From Octopus bimaculoides (Eukaryota), in contig NC_068990.1 in NCBI RefSeq assembly GCF_001194135.2, positions 34,763,258 through 34,817,260 of the forward strand: 54,003 nucleotides of DNA, given 5' to 3'. Positions 11,891 through 24,660 of this stretch are shown here, one piece after another. The notes under the pieces were generated by a model. The model had not been told where the DNA came from. It made no database searches and saw nothing but the letters and a program-made list of their open reading frames with translations. Both the position numbers and the translations under genes were made by a program. Numbering within the stretch: position 1 is the first letter of the stretch; the number at the start of each line of letters is the position of its first letter.

Positions 11891-12946
11891 TCACCTCAAC
11901 GTAATCGAAGGCATGATCAGACTAATAATATAGTCTTATACGGAAGTAATTTATTTAATTATGGCGTGTTAGGTAATCTTATTCCGATGCTAATTAGCAT
12001 ATGCACACTATCAGATGTTTTCTTTGTGCAACTAATTTGAATCCTGCAAGGAAACGTACGCTTTTTCAAGTCCATCTGCACCACACTTTATCGATGGGTC
12101 CGATCAAAAGCATTTTTATTCCTAGCTCAGTTACTTTATTCAAATACTTTCAAGAAGGACATTACACAGTCCTTAAATCGAGGCCCTGTTTGGTATTAAG
12201 GACGACTTTTGCAGATAAGCCCGCCATACAGTATGTGCTTCTGGATTATCTGATCCGTTATTTATAGAAGGATTCTGGTTCAACGTAAATGATGGCCGTG
12301 AACTGCTGCCTCGATACCCAGAATTTTGCCTCCCCTTAAAACAGTTGTATTTTGAGTCCAAAAGGACTCAAAGCATTCAGAATATATTAAATTCAGAATG
12401 TATCTCATTTCTGAATATATCTAAAACAGTTCTGAGAACCATTACATAATGCATTGAAGAAAGCATAACTCGCATAAGTAAAGAATGCAAGTCAGCACAC
12501 ATGCGTGTTACATATCTACCTTAGTTAACCTTGTGAAGCCATGTTAGGATCAGAGATGACTCTTAAGATCTTTGAAAAAATCAGTTGCAGTGTGAATGCT
12601 TAAAGGTATTTCCCCGTTTAAGAAAATAATGAGTATGTGTCCTGCCGTGTAATCAAACTTGTCTGTTAGTATTACTACAGACATTGTCCTATGTAACTAG
12701 ACAACCAAATTCACTCTAACAAAGATCTTTGTTACAGCAATTTCAACCTGAGCAGGATCTCATTTTTACTCATCGCACTCGTCCTGCATTTGTCATATGC
12801 ACCGTACTCCTGTCAGGACGGAAACCACTTCTAGATTCAGGTAGGACAATTAGAAAGCTATTATATTGGAGGGTAAGAAGAACACTTGCTAGAATCTGCC
12901 GAAAAGTGAACAGTTGTTCAATGGCTCTATGGATAGTTAGTTAGCG

Positions 12947-13032
12947 ACTTTTGATTGTGATACGCTTTTCTCTTGAAATAGGAAGCAGAATATGTATCAA
13001 CTTTTGATTTTGATATGCTTTTCTCTTGAAAT
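12947..13032. repeat. 33-bp direct repeat, 53 bp apart
   Basis: ACTTTTGATTGTGATACGCTTTTCTCTTGAAAT vs ACTTTTGATTTTGATATGCTTTTCTCTTGAAAT. Confidence 0.8.
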
Positions 13033-13715
13033 GTTAAGTAAAGATGATCACGAAGCCTTACTGTGGATGAAATAAGAATATAAACGTATTCTTTTTATGA
13101 TATTGACGTCTATAAAAATAAAAACAGGGCGAGTCACCAAACGAAATTCTTTCTCAGATTATTGACTGCTTCTCAAAGAAAATGTGCTCATTTTCCTCCT
13201 CTACTAAATAGTACATCCTATGTACTGTGCAAACCACTCATAAAGTGTGAATTAAGCTAGCAAAGTTGTGGATAACGAAATTTTCATGTTTATGTCTCGG
13301 ACGGTTCAGAAATACTGTTATTTTAATGGTGAGTCATGAAAAACACCGATATGAAAATTAGGCTATCCATTAATGAGCTAGTCTAATTTATGAATGCTTT
13401 ATATGTTTGCAGACACGTGCTATGAATTAGAAAAGGAAGATTGATACACCTTCCCTGAAAAGTGGTCATCAAACGGTAGAACAGTTCGTTAGATGATTCC
13501 ATCCCCTTTTTGTGGGCAAGAATAGCGTAGAAACAATCTGTTTACGTTCTTAATTCATCCACAATAAGGCTTTCTAACGTCTAACTTTATTTCATACTTA
13601 TACACTCGCAGACATATTCTATTAGGGAGTGTACGAGGTTCTAACTGCATGAAGGCTGAACAATCTTCAGTATAATTTTAATCCTCTCCTTTTTATCTGT
13701 CTGTCTGTCTTTCTC

Positions 13716-13747
<32 letters not shown>

Positions 13748-15806
13748 CATACATACATACATACATACATACNNNNNNNNNNNNNNNNNNNNNNNNNNNN
13801 NNNNNNNNNNNNNNNNNNNNNNNNNNNNNNNNNNNNNNNNNNNNNNNNNNNNNNNNNNNNNNNNNNNNNNNNNNNNNNNNNNNNNNNNNATATATATATA
13901 TATATATACATGCGCATACACAATTATATACAATAACTTGTGATTGTGTTTGGTTGACAAGCGGGAACGGCTCCATGACAGAAGAGCAGTTGTGCAAGTT
14001 ATCATTTCTGTTCTTCTGTTCGAATGGAAATAGCAAGAAGCAAAAAAAAAAAAAAAAGCGGTAAGGCTGCTGCCGTTGCTAATGCTGTTACTGATAGTAG
14101 TGATGATGATCATTAATATTCTAGTAGTAGTAGTGGTAGTCGCAGTGCGAGCGGTAGTGGTTAATGAGGGTTGGGTGTGGGGTTAAGCCTAGTCGATACT
14201 GAGAATAGTAATGAGAACATATAAGGCTAGAGATTAAAAAGGATATCCCTTTGATACAAAGGAATATTTTGAACAACAATATCAAGAAGAAGGAGAGGAA
14301 AAACAAGTAAAGCAACAACAACAACTGCTCTGGCAAGAAAATAAACAAAGAATATATGTATATGAATAAAATAAAAGAAGAAAAAGACACGCGAACCAAA
14401 ATCGATAATGGTAAGTTTGCTGTAGGAATAATAGAATAGATTGAAGTTTCCGAATTACTATCAGGTTCTAAAGTAATGCCAATGCTAAGGAATAAATGGT
14501 AAAGCTGAATGTTTGTGTTTGAAGGAAGCAGACGATAGAAATGTGTGTACTGTAATGGCAGAAACTGAGACTGTGAACAAAACGAACAGGATGTCGTATT
14601 TCAATGGCGGTTTTTATTCTCTTATTTCTCTTATTGTTTCTGTACGCCAACGCAATACAAGTGTTGTCAGCCATATGTATGCATCTATGTTCAAAAACAT
14701 ACACAACCGCATACAAACAAACGTTCAAATTTGGACATAGGGACACACAATGATGTAAACACACCGGGAGTACGCAAGTACTCACACACGTACACAAACC
14801 CTTGTACCATTCTTCTGTTCTTTANNNNNNNNNNNNNNNNNNNNNNNNNNNNNNNNNNNNNNNNNNNNNNNNNNNNNNNNNNNNNNNNNNNNNNNNNNNN
14901 NNNNNNNNNNNNNNNNNNNNNNNNNNNNNNNNNNNNNNNNNNNNNNNNNNNNNNNNNNNNNNNNNNNNNNNNNNNNNNNNNNNNNNNNNNNNNNNNNNNN
15001 NNNNNNNNNNNNNNNNNNNNNNNNNNNNNNNNNNNNNNNNNNNNNNNNNNNNNNNNNNNNNNNNNNNNNNNNNNNNNNNNNNNNNNNNNNNNNNNNNNNN
15101 NNNNNNNNNNNNNNNNNNNNNNNNNNNNNNNNNNNNNNNNNNNNNNNNNNNNNNNNNNNNNNNNNNNNNNNNNNNNNNNNNNNNNNNNNNNNNNNNNNNN
15201 NNNNNNNNNNNNNNNNNNNNNNNNNNNNNNNNNNNNNNNNNNNNNNNNNNNNNNNNNNNNNNNNNNNNNNNNNNNNNNNNNNNNNNNNNNNNNNNNNNNN
15301 NNNNNNNNNNNNNNNNNNNNNNNNNNNNNNNNNNNNNNNNNNNNNNNNNNNNNNNNNNNNNNNNNNNNNNNNNNNNNNNNNNNNNNNNNNNNNNNNNNNN
15401 NNNNNNNNNNNNNNNNNNNNNNNNNNNNNNNNNNAGAGACTCAGTGCATATGGAGGTCGTGAAATGAATTCAGATCGCAATGAGACGCGACAGATATCGA
15501 TTGGTAAAATGTAAAATTGCTTGGTAGGCGTTCGAACGATCTACCAATAGACCACATTGAACTGGAAATATCTTCTAGTCGGTGTGTGTGTATGTGTATG
15601 TCTGTGTGTGTGTGTCTGTCTGACTATGTGTCTGTCTCGCACTGTGTATGTATGCATGATTGCATGTATGTACGTATGTGTTTGTATGTATATATGTTTG
15701 TACGTATGTAAGTAGATAGGCAGATCGGTAGGTAGGTACATAGGCATGTATGCGTGTGTATATGCATTTCTCTGTGTATATACCCGTGCACGGACTCACG
15801 CACATA

Positions 15807-16935
15807 TTGGCTTGCCAGATGAATTCATTCGGTTCCAAAGTTTTTATTTGTCGTAGTGTTTTGTAGTTTTTTTTTAAGCATTATTCTTTCTCTACAACTT
15901 TTGTTTATCGTTTGTAAAATTTGAACGAATTTTACCTCTTTTTAAATATATGACGATGGAGTGCCACGTGGATAAAAATGAGTATTTTCGATATCTGCTA
16001 CTCTTTGATTTCAGTCAAGGTTCCAAAATTGCCAAAGTCACTGGAGGCATTTCTGCTGTGTACTGTGCTGATGCTATTAAGAGAACTGCATAGCAATGGT
16101 TTTCACAGTTTACGGAGGAGAAATTCGACCTCATAGACTGTATGCATTCCGGTATGCATTCAATGAAGATCGATCTAACGAGCTCTTCCAGGAGGATCAG
16201 CACCAGTCAGCTATAGATTTCTCCAGCACATGGGATTGTCGATAGTAAGGTCCAAAATCTAAGTCCAAATGTGTCACATGCTCCGAACGAAAAAGGTAAA
16301 CTTCGGCGCTTCTCTATTGCGCCGGTTTGCTCTCTTAACACCAAACTATCCATGGACAAACAAATATTTCTTCACCATATCGTGAAAAAAGTGCTATCTT
16401 TACGTCAATATGAAGGAGAGGAATAAATGACTGAGTCCCGACATACGAGGAACGACGAGTCAAGCTAGATTTGCATCCACGTAAGACAACGAACTATGTT
16501 TTGTAGGATTGGGAAGGGCTAATGCACTACGAAATTTTTAAAACAACCATGCAATCAATTCAGAGTTTTTCGTTCACCAAATGACACTGGCTCAACGGGG
16601 CAATCCAGCTGAAACAACACAACCGCCGACACGTTGTGCTTCATCAATACGACAACGTATTTAACCTAATATTGCTTTTAAAAAGCTCGGTTGGGAAGTT
16701 CTACTGCACACATCGTATTCTCCGAATATAGCACCGTCATATTATCAGATTTTTTCGGTTACTCTCCGGAAGCCTCCGCAGCGATTCGTTCTACAACGAC
16801 ATGAAGAGAAAAAAGAAATACTCAAAATGCCCAGATTCGAAGAGTCACACGTTAAACATTTTTAACATCAAGGCATTGACAAAATAGCAGAAAGTTAATA
16901 AAGATTCATGAACAATGAAGGAGTATATAATATTG
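15807..16935 (+). mobile_element. Decayed mariner (Tc1/mariner) DNA transposon with pseudogenised transposase
   Basis: TA|TTGGCTTGCCAGATGAATTCATTCGGTT mariner-like TIR. ATG at 15956 gives MECHVDKNEYFRYLLLFDFSQGSK...*QWFSQFTEEKFDL (HTH). Later motifs are *DWEGLMHYEIF, VVLHQYDNV and EVLLHTSYSPNIAPSYYQIFRLL (cf. WWDWEG, HDNARPH, HPPYSPDLAPSDYHLF). Multiple stops and frameshifts; 3' TIR not seen. Confidence 0.9.
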
Positions 16936-16941
16936 ACTAAT

Positions 16942-17145
16942 TTACTCTTTTACTCTTTTACTTGTTTCAATCATTTGATTGCGGCCATGCTGGAGCACCG
17001 CCTTTTAGTCGAGCAAATCGACTGCAGGACTTATTCTTTGGAAGCCTAATACTTATTCTATCAGTCTGTTTTGCCGAACCGCTAAGTTACGGGGACGAAA
17101 CACCAATATCGGTTGTCAAGCGAGGCTGGGGGAACAAACAAAAAC
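16942..17145 (-). mobile_element. SINE family A, 3' half (rest lost at the gap)
   Basis: CTTTTACTTGTTTCAATCATTTGATTGCGGCCATGCTGGAGCACCGCC...CCGCTAAGTTACGGGGACG is shared with the copies at 33445 and 44556. Confidence 0.85.
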
Positions 17146-17161
17146 ATATACACACACAGAC

Positions 17162-17192
<31 letters not shown>

Positions 17193-17583
17193 TATANNNN
17201 NNNNNNNNNNNNNNNNNNNNNNNNNNNNNNNNNNNNNNNNNNNNNNNNNNNNNNNNNNNNNNNNNNNNNNNNNNNNNNNNNNNNNNNNNNNNNNNNNNNN
17301 NNNNNNNNNNNNNNNNNNNNNNNNNNNNNNNNNNNNNNNNNNNNNNNNNNNNNNNNNNNNNNNNNNNNNNNNNNNNNNNNNNNNNNNNNNNNNNNNNNNN
17401 NNNNNNNNNNNNNNNNNNNNNNNNNNNNNNNNNNNNNNNNNNNNNNNNNNNNNNNNNNNNNNNNNNNNNNNNNNNNNNNNNNNNNNNNNNNNNNNNNNNN
17501 NNNNNNNNTCAATAGACTGCACCCAGCAATCTCTGAATATGTACAGCTGTACATACATACATACATGCATACATACATACATA

Positions 17584-17799
17584 CATTTTTATCCACGTGG
17601 CACTCCATCGTCATATATTTAAAAAGAGGTAAAATTCGTTCAAATTTTACAAACGATAAACAAAAGTTGTAGAGAAAGAATAATGCTTTAAAAAAAACTA
17701 CAAAACACTCCGACAAATAAAAACTTTGGAACCGAATGAATTCATCTGGCAAGCCAATATGTGCGTGAGTCCGTGCACGGGTATATACACAGAGAAATG
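17584..17799 (-). repeat. Inverted duplicate of 15765-15980 (mariner 5' end plus 42 bp of flank)
   Basis: 216 bp reverse complement with 2 substitutions by hand comparison. Confidence 0.9.
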
Positions 17800-17805
17800 A
17801 ATACA

Positions 17806-17838
<33 letters not shown>

Positions 17839-17855
17839 GCATACATACATACATA

Positions 17856-18071
17856 CGAGGGGGTGCTGAAAAATTCCTGGGTTTGGGTAAAAGAAAATGT
17901 AGAAGGATTAGTTAATTATGATTTTATTCAACATATTCCCCTCTCAGAATCGCATATATTGCAACGGTCCTTCAGTTTTTCTATGCGCTGTTAAAGAATT
18001 CGAAAGGTGGGGTCTCCAGCCTGGCCTTTCACGATAACCTGAAAGCCAGGAAATTTTCGGCGCCCGCCTCG
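17856..18071. mobile_element. Mariner-type MITE (216 bp) with TA target-site duplication
   Basis: TA|CGAGGGGGTGCTGAAAAATTCCTGG ... CCAGGAAATTTTCGGCGCCCGCCTCG|TA: about 25-bp TIRs with 1 indel and 3 mismatches; non-coding interior. Confidence 0.85.
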
Positions 18072-18919
18072 TACATAGACAGACACACAAAGGCGCACGC
18101 ACACACATACATGTACATCATACAAAGAAAGATTTAATACAGATGTATGACAATAAATATATCAATTCATATACAAAATGGGGCAATATAAGTACACACT
18201 TAACATGGCGTGTACACACATCGGCACAAAGCAACATATTGATCACAATACTAGATGCTCACAAGATGGCCTACTTATATGCGTGACACCAATCGCACAT
18301 ATGAGACACCTCTCGTATACATACACATACGCACGCATATTTATGTATATTTCATTGCATATGCGTATTTACAGATATATGCACATATACGCACACATGC
18401 TTAGGCATATATACACCAGCGTAAGCACAAACACTCTTACAAAGAAACTATTCCATACTTCAGAATCACTTCGACTTCAAAGTGATATAAATTCGTCCTG
18501 CATGTTATAGAGACGCCAAAGTAAAAAGAAATGGAACAAAGGGAGGAAAGAAAGAAAGCGAGAGAGAGAGAGGGAGAGAGAGAGAGAGAGGGAGAGAAGA
18601 AATAGAGAGAGTGAGAGACTATGTGACATGTAAAGAAGGAAACGAATTTAACGAGGAATTGAAACCGTGTCGTGACCCCAGCTTCTTTCATGTCGATAGT
18701 CACAAAGTCTAAAGTAAAATTAAGGACAACTACAGCAAGCACCACCACCACCACCACCACCACCACCACCACCTTCACCACCACTACTACCACCACCACC
18801 GCCGCCGCAACAACAACATAACAATAACAGCAGCAGCAGTAGCTGTGGCAGCCACAGCAACACTAACAACTCATTGGCTTGTCATTTCATTTGATCTGTT
18901 ATTTGGAATGAACGAAGAT

Positions 18920-19065
18920 CAAATATCGATTTCTAACATGATAGAGCAAGTACATGACTTGTAATTATATTACCGACCCCCGAAGGATGAAAGGGAGATG
19001 GACCGTCACAAGACTTGAACTCCTTACGTAAAAGAGCATAATGAAACACTGCAAAGCATTTAATT
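18920..19065 (-). mobile_element. SINE family B fragment
   Basis: TACCGACCCCCGAAGGATGAAAGG core, as in the copies at 32634 and 38412. Confidence 0.6.
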
Positions 19066-19589
19066 CTTTCTCCTATCGTTGCGGTCCCTTCCCACGGTTT
19101 TATTTAGACTTAATATGTCACTCTGTTGAACGGCGTACCCCTAAACCCTGCAAAAAGATTGCAAGTATTCCCCCAACATATGTATCTATCGTGTAAGGCA
19201 TTCTGCAGTGGATTCGAAACTATAGCTTAACACTTTAAAACATTCATACAAAAGCTTGAATGTCTTGAAGGATGTGCCATTCAAAATTATGTTATGCAGA
19301 AATCTGATTAATGAAGGAGAGAAAGTAATACTTTGGTGTACTTTTTCTTTTTCTAAATTTATAGCATGAAAATATATGTTCCATTAACGAATCATAGGAA
19401 GAATGCAGTAATGGTGTTGTTTTTGCTAGATGTGCTGTATGACAGCCGATCAAAAGAATTGGAGACCGATTAAGTGAAGACAACGGGAAATGGAAGAAAG
19501 GTTCTAGAACATACTAAATCGCTTCTCATAGTTCATACATGGATAAGTATCTTTCGAGCAGCAGACGTATACATTCCATAACTCTTCAT

Positions 19590-19624
<35 letters not shown>

Positions 19625-20349
19625 TGCTGTTGTTGTTGCTGTTGTTATAGCACTAGTTTATACTCATTTCACTTCTGGTTCATCACAAATTGTGGCTTGC
19701 CCACCGAATGCCTCTCTTGTTGACTCGTATAAATGCACACACACACACACACACACACACTCGCTTTTATTTATTGTTTTATTCTTCTGGTTGCTTCAGT
19801 CAATAAATTGCAGAGATGCTGGAGTGCTGCCATGAAGAGTTTTAGTCAATTGTGTCGGATCCATTATTTATTTTTGAATGTGATACTTATCGTATAATTG
19901 TGAAATCGCTTGGTTATCTTAATATATAAAATAGAGGTTGTGTGTGTGTGTGCATGTGTGTGTGTGCGTACGTCTGTGTGTTCCTTATGGATTCGAAAAC
20001 TGAGTTGCTCATTTTGACGTATTAGGTATGAAACCATTCAGTAATCTTTCGGCTACCAAATAAAGCATGTTTTTAGTGTAACTCTTTTTTACATAGAAAA
20101 TAACCTCGAAAACGAGGTCTGGTCGTACACGTTTGAGGGTTTTAGCTAAGGGAGGAAACTCTGCCTCAACAATCTTAGTTTTACCTGGGAATGATACTTC
20201 GAAGTATTGGGTCGTCCGGAAAGTTCGTGCCGATTTATAGTAGCTTACCTTTCGACTTATTTGCCATAATAAAAGGTAATAAAAGGTAAGCACACACATG
20301 CCCGCGCGCACACAGACCGAATTTGATTTATAAAGCATTAGTCAACCCG

Positions 20350-20450
20350 AGTCAATAGTAGAAGATACTCAAGTTGGTTATGCAGTAGAATTGGCCCTTA
20401 CCGAACAGCTTATATGCGAATCGGGCTTCTTATCCATACAGATGCGTCTA
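20350..20450 (-). mobile_element. Degenerate SINE family A head
   Basis: ATAGTAGAAGATACT...ATGCAGTAG...GCTTCTTATCCATACAG aligns loosely to 29040-29136. Confidence 0.45.
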
Positions 20451-20774
20451 CACCTAACATATGACACTGTCCATTCTTGATAGAACAAGTTTTATGTTAA
20501 AGTAATAGGAAACAATCTTTCAAACAACAGATGTCAAACTGTTACTAAAATATCATAAATATGAATATACGTTCTCATATGATGATTCTTTAGGAGTACT
20601 TGAGCATGAAACTTGAATTTTTCGTGTATTATCACTATATACACATGCGCGCGCACACACACATATGCATACACGCACACGTAACCCTTCTATGTATGTA
20701 CGTACGTATGTATGTATGTCTGTACGTAACTATGTATTGTTGTATATATATATGTATGCATGTATCTATATATC

Positions 20775-20816
<42 letters not shown>

Positions 20817-21385
20817 CTCTTCTCTCTCTGGCTTCAGTCACTAGAAAGATACCTACACTGAGGTATCAGCGTATTTTTAGTGTACCAGTCTACTTTCCAA
20901 CTCATAAGTTGACAGTAAGTAACCCTTGCAACATTACTTTTTAGTGAAACTACTGTTCTCACATTGGTAGGATAAAAACCAAATCATCTCTAATATTGTA
21001 AATTATTAATTCTGACTCTAAAGTTCCATTTGAAATTTCAAATCAAAATGGCTGACTCAAATATAACTCGAACAATTTTCAAATTAGTCTTCACTATCGC
21101 AAATTGACAGTGTGTTGTGCTTTTTTGCTTCACATTTATATTTCATAGTTGAATATTGTCGACACAAAACTTACTCCTACATTCATTTTTCCTTGATGTG
21201 CATAGCTATGCAAGTCAGCTTCCTACGTCCAAACACACTAATTTCACATTCATTTAATTAGATTGTACCAAATAATACTCAGAACACCACTGCATATTTA
21301 AATTAACTTGACATTACAAAAGCAGATAGACATTATTAATATATTTTAACAATGCAAAATTTCTTTTACTATCTCTTCTTTCCAC

Positions 21386-21460
21386 CCACAATATTTCTCT
21401 CATCTTTCTATCCAGAATATTTCTCTCATCTTTCCATCCACAATATTTCTCACATCTTTC
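21386..21460. repeat. 26-bp minisatellite, 3 copies
   Basis: CCACAATATTTCTCTCATCTTTCyAT repeated three times. Confidence 0.85.
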
Positions 21461-21919
21461 TTATAATCTTAAAAAGGAATATTATATTATTCCCTGTATT
21501 AAGTAACTCATTTTAAATCTTTAATCTAATACTATACTAGAACACATGCGTGCGCGCGACTATGTATCTAACATTTTACATTCATGGCTCTATAAATTAG
21601 ATTATGAATATGATTTCCTTTTATTAACCGCTACAACTGTTCTCCTATCAATACATTTAATTTAAATTTATCTCTACTCCTAATTCTTGATAAGATAACA
21701 TCTACTTCAGTCATGAGCAACCTGCATCTCACAGTATTTTCTAAATGCCATGCCCAACGAAAAATTACCTTGTTTCTTTCTTTTTGTAGCGCAGTGCACC
21801 TGATGATGAACTATATCTAATGCGGCCCGCTTTTGAGAAAAGTAGCCCATACTTAATCTAATCTAAAAGTTAACCGTATGATAACTAGACTTTATTTTTG
21901 TTTCTGTAAAATCCACAAT

Positions 21920-22900
21920 AATATTCACCTTTTTGGGCTTGTGAAAGGACAGAGTTCTGTTTAAGGAAAGTATATAGTCCTTCAGTTAGCATGGATGTGA
22001 GGTTCTTGTAGGTGGTGTTGAGATATGTTACTGGTCGGCAGTTCTTTGGATTTTTCGTGTCTCCAGTTTTTGGTAGACGGTATGTTGTTCCTTCGGTCAG
22101 CCAGGCAGTTATTTGCTATGGGTTCTGGTTGACATCAGTTAGGGATGCAGCAAAATGTTGGTGTACTTCTGTCAAACAATTCAGCTAGCAGTTAGGGATT
22201 CGGTCCAGTCCTGAAGTTTTCTTTCCATTTATGAGGCATTTTATATTACTAACATTTCCCATTCATATCTTTGAACATTGTTTCCATAAAGCTTCCATAA
22301 ATTCCAAATTATCTGTTATTACATCATTAATATTTTGCGTCCATATAAGCACAGACACTAAAGAACAATTCACTCAACAATTCATTCAACAAGAACAATT
22401 CACTCAACTACATCTACTTCTATTTCTTCTGAATCTTTTTTCTTTTAAAAACCGACATGGAGTCTTTTAATGAAACGTAAGTATCATTTATCTACAATTC
22501 TTTAATTATTCATTCCATGTACAGTTAACATAAATTCGTACACATTTAACTCAAATACTCTCTTATAATTTAGTGAGTTACTTCTCTTACAGTCTTAGAT
22601 TAAAGAAACAACAAACCTAATTTCCTAACATTGATATAATTTCTAATATAGTAGTAATCTTAAAGCCGAACATTTCTTTCCTAAATCTTGCAATACTTAC
22701 TGAATATAATAGCTTTGTCTTTCATACATATGTATTTTTTCTACTAAAATGCTTAACCGTACATCTTCCCATTCCATATACATTTGCATAAATAGTGCAT
22801 ACTTTGTTCAGGTTTTAGAATAGAATTGTATGATCGGTCACAAGTCATAAACAGCCGTTTTTATTTCTTGTCAATATAAAGTGCCGAACCAGGATGGGAG
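21920..22900 (-). mobile_element. Decayed R4/Dong-like (RLE-type) non-LTR retrotransposon, N-terminal RT region
   Basis: Minus strand 22220-21925 reads KTSGLDRIPNC*LNCL...AWLTEGTTYRLPKTGDTKNPKNCRPVTYLNTTYKNLTSML...AQKG (cf. KSPGPD.I.N.W.K, WLTEG.T.LLPK, PKNYRPITCLNT.YK..T, EQKG). The upstream boundary is approximate. Confidence 0.8.
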
Positions 22901-23555
22901 ATGAATCATTTCGTTCGTCTACGACATATATACTCGTTGCAGGCGAAACCATGTGCGGGTATGCCCGGACACTGCATGCGTAACATTAAATTGACGAAAC
23001 ATCGATGTTCATCGGTCTAAGGTGAGATTGCTGGTGAGGTATCTCACCAGTCCATGGCCCTAATGTGTCTTGACACCTTCCGCTTTTAGAGACTATTCTC
23101 TACCACGCCAGAACAGCATACCGGCAAACACACGACTCGCATTCGTTAAGCAAATGTGGCTATGTATGTATGTATATATGTATATATATAGATAAGTAGA
23201 TAGATTTAGATAGACAGATATACGCATCTAGTTGTGTATATANNNNNNNNNNNNNNNNNNNNNNNNNNNNNNNNNNNNNNNNNNNNNNNNNNNNNNNNNN
23301 NNNNNNNNNNNNNNNNNNNNNNNNNNNNNNNNNNNNNNNNNNNNNNNNNNNNNNNNNNNNNNNNNNNNNNNNNNNNNNNNNNNNNNNNNNNNNNNNNNNN
23401 NNNNNNNNNNNNNNNNNNNNNNNNNNNNNNNNNNNNNNNNNNNNNNNNNNNNNNNNNNNNNNNNNNNNNNNNNNNNNNNNNNNNNNNNNNNNNNNNNNNN
23501 NNNNNNNNNNNNNNNNNNNNNNNNNNNNNNNNNNNNNNNNNNNNNNNNNNNNNNN

Positions 23556-23592
<37 letters not shown>

Positions 23593-24044
23593 ACATAGAT
23601 GCGTATATCTATATGCCAATCTATATATTTGTATACATATGTACTTTGAGAACAAATTGAGGTAGTGATTTTAAAACCATATGTCATTTTTCAAACATCT
23701 GACAAGCTGACATTATTGGTATTGTCATGCTATTATGACCTTTGAAAGCCTTAAAGAGCGATTATAAGATCATATGAAGAGTGATTCAAATACCAATAAC
23801 CTATGTAAACAGATCCAAGTCGTGCTTGCTTTGTCTAACAGAGATGACAGATTTTCTACGATGCATAAAAATATCAAAGGATTGCGCCATTTAAAATAAA
23901 TGAGATATTTACAAGATGCATCCTTACAAACAAGTACGTACTGATAAACTGAAAAGCTCGAAACCCGTATAAATTTACTATGAAAGAAGCTGCCCTACAA
24001 CGAACATTTCATTATTCCTGTCATTTCCACTTCCCACTTCAGCA

Positions 24045-24660
24045 GGCTTTAGCATTCTCACGATAGAAGACCATCACATTCCTCCTATTTCGCACTACCA
24101 CATTCCCACTATACCAAATTACCACATTCCCAATATAGCAGACAACCACATACCAGATTCTCACTATACAAATTACCATCTTTCCACTCGACCACACTAC
24201 CAGATTCTGATTATATTGCACAATATATTTTCAATGTACCACATTAAATCATTGTGTTTATACTACACGAACACATTCTCACCATACCACATTATAGTAA
24301 GTACATCCTCTGTACATTACAGTATACCCTCTATACCACGCTGCCATATTCCTTCTATATTCCACTTTCAAATTCTATCTCTATCACTTTCCCACTATAT
24401 CATTCTACCACTTATTCCCTGTAAGCCCACGAATACTTTCCCACTAAATGACGATATAACATACTCGATGTACCATAATCCAACTCTCCTACTCTAGCAC
24501 ATCTTCCTGTAGCATGCTGCTAAATTCCCTCGGTACATTACTCTATCACATTTCCACTAGACCATGCCAGCACACCCAAACTATCGCACAACCACACTGA
24601 ATATACCACACTGCTGAATTCCTACTATACAAACTACCACACACAATGTACGTCACCAAC
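24045..24660. repeat. Degenerate minisatellite built on TACCACATTCCCACTATAC-like units
   Basis: Recurring ACCACATTCC / TACCA(C/G)ATTC / CCACTATAC fragments. Confidence 0.6.

Noticed and set aside
14362-14410. Plus-strand first exon MNKIKEEKDTRTKIDN|GTAAGT
   Set aside because: Good donor, but purine-rich low-complexity context and no linkable downstream exon
20009-20338. 109-aa minus-strand ORF
   Set aside because: Starts in a (GT/GC)n tract, has no recognisable domain and contains an internal strong donor; no support for translation
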